Shown here piece after piece: positions 28,059 through 36,500 of a DNA stretch of 64,000 nt (position 1 is the stretch's first letter; each line of letters opens with the position of its first letter). The position numbers were made by a program, and so were the translations under genes. Origin of the DNA: a virus; IMG/VR virus record IMGVR_UViG_3300022699_000278, positions 7,070 through 71,069 of that record; one strand, written 5' to 3'. The notes beneath the pieces are model-generated. The model was given only the letters and a program-made list of their open reading frames with translations, searched no databases and was not told where the DNA came from.

Positions 28059-29782
28059 ATATTTTTGATCAATATCTATCCTATGGGTTATCTGTAATTC
28101 CCTGTAATGACAAGAAACCGGCCATAAGCGGATGGAAACAGTTTCAGGCTACTCCACCTACCCCTGAACAAGCAAAAGCCTTTAATGGCCATCAAATCGC
28201 GTGTATTTGCGGATATGTATCGGGCGGCTTAATCTGTCTCGATTTCGATATAAAAAATGGGAACAAATATGATGACTGGATTTTGCTGGTAAATAATACG
28301 AAACCTGAAATACTCAGTGATATAGTATGTGAGAAGTCTCCGAGCGGTGGGTACCATATAATTTTCAGATCCAATAAAAAAATTCCGAACTTAAAGCTCG
28401 CTATAAATAAAACAGGGCAATGCACAATAGAAACCAGGGGAGAGGGTGGATATTTTATTTCATACCCTTCACCAAATTATCATCTGGAATTTGGTGATTT
28501 TGGGAAAATAAAAAAACTATCCGACGAAGATACAGAGCTACTCATAAACTGTGCAAAGGCGCAAACGGAAAAAAGTGAAGACGTCATTGTCACTCAAACA
28601 CAAACGATTTCAACAGGTTTATCACCCTTTGATGATTACGATTCAAGGGAAACACCAACATCGATTCTCGAAAACCACGGGTGGAGTACTGTAGCAAAAC
28701 GTGGAGAAACCATTTATCTATGTCGGCCAGGAAAAGATAAAAAGAATATTAGTGCATCATGGAATAATGTACCGGGCAGATTTTATTGTTTCTCGACATC
28801 AACGATATTCAAAAACAATACATCGTACAAGCCAAGCGCCGTATACTCCATTCTTGAACACAATGGAGATTTTTCTGCAGCTGCAAAAGAACTAATATCC
28901 AGGGGATACGGAAGCAAAACAGAAAAAAAGGTAACTGCTAAAATAATAAATCCATCAAATATCAGAAATAAAATATTTGACATAAAACAGTATGGGTATA
29001 AAAGAGGTAGAACAACAGGATGGCCAACACTCGACAAACTGTACTCAGTAACAAAAAGGCAGTTTACAGTTATTACCGGCGTTCCGTCTTCCGGTAAAAG
29101 TGAGTTCATGGATGCACTTGCAATAAATTTAATGATTAAGGAAGGGTGGAAGTTTGCTGTATTTTCCCCGGAAAACTACCCGGAAGAAATGCATTATCAC
29201 AAACTAATTGAAAAAATATGCGGGGATGAACTGCGGAATATACCAGATGAAAATATTGAAGTTGCCATAAAAACAATTGGAGAACACTTCTTTTTTATTG
29301 ACGCACTCGAAAGAGACATTGACTTAGATAGTATTCTGCAGCAAACAGAAGCGTTGATTGAAAAGAAAAAGGTTGACGCCCTTATAATAGACCCATGGAA
29401 CGAAATAGAATTATCTCGACCAACCAATGTAAATGATTCAGATTTTATCGGAAACTGTCTAAGAACATGCAGAAAGTTTGCCAGAAAATTTAACATTCAT
29501 TTATTTATCATTGCACATCCGACAAAATTGCAAAAAGGCAAAGACGGCAAATATCCAATACCTGAACTATGGGATATCGCCGGAACTGCTCACTGGAGAA
29601 ATAAAGCCGATAACGGAATTTGCATTCACCGAGACTTTGAAGAAGATAGAACGTACATCTATGTTCAAAAAATAAAATTTAAATATTGCGGACGGCAAGG
29701 GGAAACATGGTTTACATATGAAGAAAAAAGTGGTAGGTATATTGATGGTGGCGGAACTGTTTCTGATCACTGGTCTGGTTGA
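28055..29782 (+). CDS. Bifunctional Prim-Pol fused to a DnaB/Twinkle-like SF4 helicase
   Basis: GLSVIPC..KKPA, CLDFD, SPSGGYH, IETRGEGGY; TGVPSSGKS, IIDPWN, AHPTK. Confidence 0.92.
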   Translation: MNIFDQYLSYGLSVIPCNDKKPAISGWKQFQATPPTPEQAKAFNGHQIACICGYVSGGLICLDFDIKNGNKYDDWILLVNNTKPEILSDIVCEKSPSGGYHIIFRSNKKIPNLKLAINKTGQCTIETRGEGGYFISYPSPNYHLEFGDFGKIKKLSDEDTELLINCAKAQTEKSEDVIVTQTQTISTGLSPFDDYDSRETPTSILENHGWSTVAKRGETIYLCRPGKDKKNISASWNNVPGRFYCFSTSTIFKNNTSYKPSAVYSILEHNGDFSAAAKELISRGYGSKTEKKVTAKIINPSNIRNKIFDIKQYGYKRGRTTGWPTLDKLYSVTKRQFTVITGVPSSGKSEFMDALAINLMIKEGWKFAVFSPENYPEEMHYHKLIEKICGDELRNIPDENIEVAIKTIGEHFFFIDALERDIDLDSILQQTEALIEKKKVDALIIDPWNEIELSRPTNVNDSDFIGNCLRTCRKFARKFNIHLFIIAHPTKLQKGKDGKYPIPELWDIAGTAHWRNKADNGICIHRDFEEDRTYIYVQKIKFKYCGRQGETWFTYEEKSGRYIDGGGTVSDHWSG

Positions 29783-29994
29783 TAAAATTATTATAATTCT
29801 GAAGGTAATAACAAGAATGGTAACCAAAAAAGAAGCACAATGGTAGAGTTAGCTGATATTTTAAGCAAGGCTGAACACCTTAAAAAGAGAGATTACTCTG
29901 TGTATAATTCGTTAAAGCAGGAAATAAGCAAAATGAATTTACCGGCAGATAGTTACGAATATGCAATAATGAAACTTTCTGAAATATTGGAGGT

Positions 29995-30198
29995 GTGATG
30001 AATAAAACAAACATCTTAGATTTCCCGGAAAAAACCGACTGGCTTCCGATTGTATCCGATTACGTCGTTACCTACAGGGATGGCGACAATTTCAAGGCTG
30101 TCAAACTCACCGCAGAGTCAATTGCGGAAATACCGGAAATGTTTTATTCGTTAGAAAAGACCTGTAAAAATATTATTTCGATTGTTTTGGTGAAATAG
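29995..30198 (+). CDS. Hypothetical protein
   Basis: SD GGAGG. Confidence 0.55.
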   Translation: MMNKTNILDFPEKTDWLPIVSDYVVTYRDGDNFKAVKLTAESIAEIPEMFYSLEKTCKNIISIVLVK

Positions 30199-30248
30199 GC
30201 TGCATTGTCGGGAATTATGTGTTATATTACTTATCATGATAGGGATAA

Positions 30249-30512
30249 TTGAAATTTATAAATGTGAATGCGATAAATGCGGTCACGAGTGGACATCCAG
30301 ATCGGGAAAAATCCCGGTCGCGTGTCCGGTGTGTAAATCGAGAAAATGGAACGAATTATCAAAAGGTTCTACTCGCAAGAAACAGAATAAAGTTGCAGCA
30401 TAAAACGTATCTGTATGAAGGTATGAAAAATATTATTCTAGCAAATGATTTTACCGTATCGCAATTCATGTTCGGGTGCACTGCGATGGCAATTGAAGCA
30501 ATGAATAAATGA
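30249..30512 (+). CDS. Hypothetical protein
   Basis: ORF co-oriented with the replication operon. Confidence 0.45.
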   Translation: MKFINVNAINAVTSGHPDREKSRSRVRCVNRENGTNYQKVLLARNRIKLQHKTYLYEGMKNIILANDFTVSQFMFGCTAMAIEAMNK

Positions 30513-30569
30513 CATCTCGAATACATTACCAACAAGGACAGGTTGATTTTATTTAACTTACGCAGGGCC

Positions 30570-30598
30570 ATTGCGCATAGCAAGTAGTTGGCCAAAAT
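30570..30598 (+). other. attI/dif-like recombination site D
   Basis: ATTGCGCATAGC-AAGTA-GTTGGCCAAAAT; heads the largest array. Confidence 0.7.
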
Positions 30599-30644
30599 AA
30601 ACCGCGCTGAGATTGTAGTTCGGCGCATACAGAACGGAGCGTTT

Positions 30645-30830
30645 ATGTCTGAATTACAGTTTCACAAGTGCGGCGAAGATATGGTACGTATCGGAAATTA
30701 TACATATTTCAACAAGCATCTCGAAAGTAAGCAGCCATCAAACGTTGTAGGGTTACAGCGGTACAATCGTCGAACAGAACAGTACGAAACATACAACCCA
30801 CATACGGAAGGGCCGTGCGCCGAAAGATAA
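30645..30830 (+). CDS. Hypothetical protein (cassette D1)
   Basis: SD GGAG; bounded by complementary cassette ends. Confidence 0.55.
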   Translation: MSELQFHKCGEDMVRIGNYTYFNKHLESKQPSNVVGLQRYNRRTEQYETYNPHTEGPCAER

Positions 30831-30940
30831 TTATGATGCGCGGTTTACATCGGCTAACAGGCCAAGGCGTACATGCCCAAAGCTGCACGCCCGCCGTTGG
30901 CCAACCCGTTGTACGCAATTAAGCCGGAGAGCAATATTAT

Positions 30941-31564
30941 ATGTGCGCCCGTAAATACAACATCATCTATGCAGACCCGCCGTGGAACGGATTGGGTTGG
31001 AATAATGGTTCAGGCAAAAAGTGTCCAGCTAACCATTACGCAGTGCAAGATATCGCGTGGATAAAATCTCTGCCGGTTTCAGAATTGGCCCAAGACACCA
31101 GCGCACTTTTCTTGTGGGTAACTTTTCCGAATCTAACAGGCGGGCTTGCTGTTATGGAGTCTTGGGGTTTTAAGTACGCAACGTGCGCTTTTACGTGGGT
31201 CAAGCGTAATCGATGTTCAGATGGTCGGTTTATGGGTTGTGGTAACTATACAAGGGCCAATTCTGAACTGTGCTTGCTTGGCACTCGTGGGAGTTGTCAG
31301 TCTTTGCGGAAGTCTCGTTCGGTTCGTCAGATTTGTGATGCTCCGGTTGGTAAACACAGCGAAAAACCGGCAGAGATACGCGACCGCATTGTGCAGCTTT
31401 TTGGCGATTTGCCGAGGGTAGAACTTTTTGCCAGAACAATCACGGCGGGTTGGGATGTGTGGGGTAACGAAGTTTCATCATCAATAGAGCTGGGCGCACA
31501 GAACACTATGGAATCCGGCTCAACAGCGTATAACACAGGTTGGGTGCAATGCCGCCCTTTTTGA
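30941..31564 (+). CDS. MT-A70 family adenine methyltransferase (cassette D2)
   Basis: YNIIYADPPW, LFLWVT, FTWVK, GNYTRANSELCL, HSEKP, VELFAR, GWDVWGNE. Confidence 0.93.
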   Translation: MCARKYNIIYADPPWNGLGWNNGSGKKCPANHYAVQDIAWIKSLPVSELAQDTSALFLWVTFPNLTGGLAVMESWGFKYATCAFTWVKRNRCSDGRFMGCGNYTRANSELCLLGTRGSCQSLRKSRSVRQICDAPVGKHSEKPAEIRDRIVQLFGDLPRVELFARTITAGWDVWGNEVSSSIELGAQNTMESGSTAYNTGWVQCRPF

Positions 31565-31581
31565 GATTATAGGAGCGCCGA

Positions 31582-31899
31582 ATGAAAGTAACTCTTGAGT
31601 ATTTACGTAAGGTCTGTAATCAAATGGCAGAAGCGAAGGTGGCACCTTTGCCGGTGTACATTGCCATTATTGGTGACAAAAAGTACATGTGTCCAGTGTC
31701 GTCGTTGCCGGAAGGTCTTGCCCCGTTACCGTGCGAGATCGTCGGCGCTCAGTTTTCTGAGGAAGCGGGCGGCACAGACACACAACACTGCCATGTTGCA
31801 AGCTCCGAGGGAGACATTTGCCCTAATTGCGGTGCCGGAAATACATGGAACAAACGTTACGGCAGACACTTGTGTGGTACGTGTGAATACGAATGGTGA
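31582..31899 (+). CDS. Hypothetical protein with a C-terminal Zn ribbon (cassette D3)
   Basis: SD AGGAG; CPNC...CGTC lies in the attC loop. Confidence 0.65.
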   Translation: MKVTLEYLRKVCNQMAEAKVAPLPVYIAIIGDKKYMCPVSSLPEGLAPLPCEIVGAQFSEEAGGTDTQHCHVASSEGDICPNCGAGNTWNKRYGRHLCGTCEYEW

Positions 31900-31960
31900 T
31901 CGGGCAAACGTCAACATGCCTGAGAGTGTTGGTAAAATATAATTTTCTATTGGAGATTAT

Positions 31961-32212
31961 ATGAGCAACAAATGTAATATATATCTTGCTAAAAGTGTTT
32001 CTATAACTCAAATAGACTCTCCTTCGTGTAAAGAGTTTTTACTGGTGGTAGAAAAATTACAGCCTGTAACACAGGTTAAATGCTCCACTGGCGCTACGGT
32101 GGTACAAATTTGCCCTTCATGTGAAGGTACTGGTAATCTATATCCGATAAAGTTAGAAAAACCAATCGTTTGTTCACGCTGTAAGGGTACGGGCAAACTT
32201 CTTTTAACCTAA
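31961..32212 (+). CDS. Hypothetical protein with a DnaJ-type CxxCxGxG finger (cassette D4)
   Basis: CPSCEGTG...CSRCKGTG encoded in the attC loop. Confidence 0.65.
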   Translation: MSNKCNIYLAKSVSITQIDSPSCKEFLLVVEKLQPVTQVKCSTGATVVQICPSCEGTGNLYPIKLEKPIVCSRCKGTGKLLLT

Positions 32213-32257
32213 ACCGTTATAGACAATAGTCTTCTTAAATTTATTATAGGCAGTGCT

Positions 32258-32671
32258 ATGAAACAAGCTTTTGAAAAGTACCAAAATGAATGCATGTTTT
32301 ACAAATTGGTTGCAAATATGTTTCAAATAGTTGCAAATAACCGTCTTTCATGTCAAGATATTTTGAGTGCTGCAATGCTGGCTGTGCTATTTTACGAACG
32401 TGATGTTCGCACCGCGGAATTTGTAGGGACTCAGCCTGCCGCCAATAACGGAGGTTATGTGCGCGGCTATAAAGCGATTAGTTTTGATGATTTTGTGAAG
32501 ATTCGTGATTGTCAAGGTACGAAAATGTATGATGGTTCTAATGCGATTATTTGCAAGCCACGCCTTGGCGGTAGGTGGTTTTGTGATTTTACAAGCTGTT
32601 CTATTTGGCGAAAGTTGGGGCGGCGCGCTGATATTAAGGTGGTAAAAATTTCATCGCACAACAAGTGCTAA
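32258..32671 (+). CDS. Hypothetical protein spanning two cassette units (D5)
   Basis: Reads through the AAC-GGAG-GTT junction at 32447-32456. Confidence 0.55.
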   Translation: MKQAFEKYQNECMFYKLVANMFQIVANNRLSCQDILSAAMLAVLFYERDVRTAEFVGTQPAANNGGYVRGYKAISFDDFVKIRDCQGTKMYDGSNAIICKPRLGGRWFCDFTSCSIWRKLGRRADIKVVKISSHNKC

Positions 32672-32733
32672 AAGTAAGGGCTAAAGCCACATTGCGGAGC
32701 AACGTCTTTTAGCACTGCTCCGTTGGTGTAAAT
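32651..32733 (+). repeat. attC-like hairpin, short
   Basis: CATCGCACAAC-A-AGTGCTAAAAG ... CTTTTAGCACT-GCTCC-GTTGGTGTAAAT; 11-bp perfect arms. Confidence 0.8.
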
Positions 32734-32780
32734 AGCGTTTGCCTTTATATTATAGGCGGCGCACAAAGAAAGGATTTATC

Positions 32781-32936
32781 ATGATAGAGAAAATTGGCAA
32801 TGTCAAATGTTCGCGTTGTGGTCGGGAGTGGACTGCTGCGTGCGAGTCTATTGAAACCAAGTCTGTTGAATGTCCTGACTGTGGGTTTATGCAGCCAATA
32901 TCCTCAAATGACATAACTGGCCGGGACGTTGTGTGA
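32781..32936 (+). CDS. Small Zn-ribbon protein
   Basis: CSRC...CPDC; SD AAGGA. Confidence 0.6.
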   Translation: MIEKIGNVKCSRCGREWTAACESIETKSVECPDCGFMQPISSNDITGRDVV

Positions 32937-32971
32937 AATATCATTGACTCTTTATGATCCCGATGAGAGAA

Positions 32972-33002
32972 AACCCCGACCCTTGTGGTCGGGGTAGTTG
33001 AC
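32972..33002 (-). mobile_element. Solitary IS200/IS605-family terminal hairpin
   Basis: Minus strand GTCAACTACCCCGACCACAAGGGTCGGGGTT, typical GTCAACTACCCC...GGGG end; no tnpA, tnpB or iscB nearby. Confidence 0.6.
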
Positions 33003-33080
33003 AGACGTTTCTAGTAGTATGAGTTGGGACAAGGAACGCTAAGGTGATTTCCAGAGTTGTAATTCGAACGGCTGATAAAA

Positions 33081-33542
33081 ATGGTAACATTCGTACGTGA
33101 TAATCTGATTAATATGAACGTTGATGCCGTAGCAATAATGGGAACCTGCTGCGGACAGGCCGAAAAAGGCATGCAGCAGCGGTTCTATGAGATGTATCCG
33201 TACTACAAAGATTATTACCAGATGACTTGTAACCAGAAACTCGTTCAGCACAAAAAATGCTTGGCGTTTTGGGCCAAGGACATTTACGGCATAGATATTA
33301 TCACAATGCCGATAAAGCGGAAGCGGTGTACAATGTTTTACTGGAAGAACGTGGTGAAAACATTGGAAAATCTACGAGAAACCATGGTGTTTAACAGATA
33401 TCAAAGCATATCTGTCCAAGCCGTAGCCTACAACACCACTCATTGGAATAAAATCAGAAAAACTTATCTTGATCTGGATATCGATAGAATGAATATTAAA
33501 GTAGTTTTTCCAAAATCGGCGAACAAGAAATTTCTAAGGTAG
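33081..33542 (+). CDS. Divergent macrodomain-like protein
   Basis: VTFVRDNLI..DAV...CCGQAEKGMQQRFYEMYP, IITMPIK...W, SISVQA; Poa1p/DarG-like layout. Confidence 0.55.
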   Translation: MVTFVRDNLINMNVDAVAIMGTCCGQAEKGMQQRFYEMYPYYKDYYQMTCNQKLVQHKKCLAFWAKDIYGIDIITMPIKRKRCTMFYWKNVVKTLENLRETMVFNRYQSISVQAVAYNTTHWNKIRKTYLDLDIDRMNIKVVFPKSANKKFLR

Positions 33543-36500
33543 TGCTTTTCTCTGCTTCATCTCTTTTACATACCGTTCCCGTCCGGTTTTCGGAACTTGT
33601 TTCATGTACTGAGCCTGCGTTCCGGACAATAACTCTTTCTTCCTGGTTCTAAGTTCTCTTCTTTTGGCCTGATCTGTTGTCTTCCTCAGTTCGGCGTCTA
33701 TAATTTTCCTCTGTGCTGTCAGGTTGGATATCCAGCTACCATAAGCAAGCCCGGTAAACCCGTTGTCTTTAGCACTCTGCGTCAGGCTCTCAATCTTTGC
33801 GACAGCTTTCTGCTGGTTGTCGGTTAAAGCAGTACCAGATTGTGTTGCCTTCAAACCATTCAGTATGTCATCACCATACTCATCGAGTATGTCGTAAAAT
33901 TTTACCCTGTAATAATCGGATGCAGCATCTATCGGCCCGGCAACTTTAAAGTGTTCAGACAAGTCCTGTGTAATAGGGTCAATATCATAAAAGCCAAAAG
34001 CCTTTGGCACATTTACAGGCCCGTTTTTCAAATAATCAAGTATCGGGTGTTCCAGCGGTTCGTCTCCTCGCTTTGTTCTCGTATACTGAGCAACGGGTGT
34101 AATAATCTTCTCCATCATATACTCGAGAGCATACTTTTTGCCGTATTTACTAAAAACTCCCTGCTTGTGTATAGACTTTGGCATTATTTGGCGGTGTGTA
34201 AATGGATCCTCATTTGTTGATAATCCCTGCCACATCTGAATAAACGGGTTCATAAGCGTCTGTATATTCTCTACCGCACCAGTACCAGCCGCCCCTACAA
34301 ATTCTTCCGCAGCCTGCTTTGGGGTAATTCTCTTGTCTTTTAAATCAGAAGAAATGCGGTTAAGCTTATCAAGGCCAAGCCATGACATGGCCATATCCAC
34401 TGGCTGCTGCGGTGCCCATATTTTAATGTTTCCATCTGAAGTTTTACCGAGATTTATGTGAAATCGCTCCCTCATGTAGTCCGGAAGCTGCATTTCCATT
34501 TCTTTCCGATCCTCATCAAGGTTGTTATACGCCCACTGTGCAGCATAAGCTGACACAATCGGGGTCAACGTATTTAAAGCCCTGTGTGTTCCCTTGTTTT
34601 TGCTTACAGCACGCCCATAGTTTCTAAAGTTGCCCTCATGAAACCGCACAAACGGCATTAGCCCACGGCTTAAAAACAACTGATACGAACGAGGAATTGC
34701 CAAATAGTCTATCAAAACCTCTCTTGAAACCTTACCGGCAGCCGATTCCGGGTCCAACCCGTTCAGGTCAATTGCAGCAAGATTCTGCACATCTTTTCCC
34801 TGGGAAATCCTGTCAAGTTGATGGGCGAGAACAGACAGCCGCATCAGCGATTCCCTGTATTCAGACGCTGTATTATACTTTTCAAGTATCCCTTTTACCG
34901 GCCCCATTCTCAATTCAGCCGTCATTCCACTGCTGGCAACGTCTTTTTCCGTTGCTACGTCATACAACTTCTGCTCTGTCTCAGATAAATTAACCTTTTT
35001 GCCAATACTGTTCGGGTAAAACATTTTTGCCGCTACCCGTGTCGCTTTAGGCAGATACGTCATGGCAAACGGATCAAATATAGCAACATTTATTGCGTCA
35101 CCTATCGCATTTCCCACCTGATATGGAAGAAACGCCGTACCAAGAGTGAACCCTTTCCATTTTTGAGTAATATGCCCGGCCCTGTATATCAAATCAAACA
35201 CAGCCGGACTTTTCTCAATCATATTATCAAGGTCCTGTGCAATTTCTTTCGGAAGCAGGTACATTTGAGGTTTTCCGGTAGCAATCGCTTCTCTTACCGG
35301 CTCTCCTCCTTTTGGTCCTTTAGTATCAAGCCAGTCCTTTACCAGCATATCCTTTGCCAAAGCTTTTTCAAGCATATTTTCATTCAAAGCCTTTACCCTG
35401 TAACGCACTTTCTTCCACTCAAGAGCCTTATATTTTTTGCCGTCAATATCTACTTCTGCGCCTTTATACAGTTTCTTTCTCTGTTCCGGGGTTATTTTAT
35501 TCGTTGCATCGTATTTAATTGCCTGCCTGGTAAACCAGTCTTCCTGTGCGTTATCCGCAAGCACCTTGGCAATGTGTGTCCATATCACACTGTCGTCAGA
35601 AGCTATAATACGCTTCGATCCAAGCGCCTTTTTTGTGTACGGTCTGTATGGTTCACCAAACTTCCGGTTCATCGGAGTAGCCATCTTCTGCATGAAATCC
35701 GGTAAATACTCAAGTACTTTATGCGGAAAATAGTCTTCTTCAAGAGATTCTGCGGTAAGTTTTCCCCGCGCAACCAATTCTTCTCCGATCCCACGCATTA
35801 TTGTTCGCATGTCGTTTGCCGCTTCAATAACCTCCGAAGAAGCAGTTTTTTCAAGCCAGTCAAGGTGCTTTGTCACTTCATCAACAGTCAGATTGTTCTC
35901 AAGTGTCTGCCCTTTCTGTCCGCGCAGCTTCAAATTTCTCAACAAAAGAATATCAGTCGCAGCTCGAATGCCTTTTTTCCCATCTTTGGCAACAACCTTG
36001 CCGAGAGAACCTTTGCGATATTTGGCAACGGCATTGAACAAAGCCCTTCTCATAGGAACAAATTGAGTTCGCTTGTTATCTTTATACTGAGGAAATTCAT
36101 CTAATTTACTTTCATATCTGGTGAAATTGTCTTTAATGGACTGTACTGTTCCTCCTATATACTGAGCTATTTTAGCAGGAGCACTCAGCGGGGCAAACCG
36201 CCCAGCCTCAAGCGTTTCACCTACTTTTTTGACCCCGCCCTCAGGGGCCACTTCTTCACCCGGAAGTTTTAGAAATCCAGCCTCTCCAGCTTTTTTCTGT
36301 TCCATCTGCGCTTCCGGCACCTTGGCAGATATCTGTTCATCGGCATCTTTCATGCCCTCTGACTTGAAGGTAAGGATATTCTCATTAGCAGGAGCCGGTT
36401 GCGAAACAACCGGCTCTTTTACTGTTTGTTCACCTGGAACATCAGCTACTTGTTTTTTCGCTTGAAATACTCCACCTGCCGGAGCCTCTTCTTCGCCTGT

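Larger units (their letters stand above)
30587..32936 (+). mobile_element. Integron-like cassette array D (6-7 units)
   Basis: GTT cores at 30587, 30908, 31539, 31928, 32216, 32454, 32722; AAC inverse cores ending at 30858, 31534, 31786, 32070, 32449, 32662; attC-like arms between them. Confidence 0.75.
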
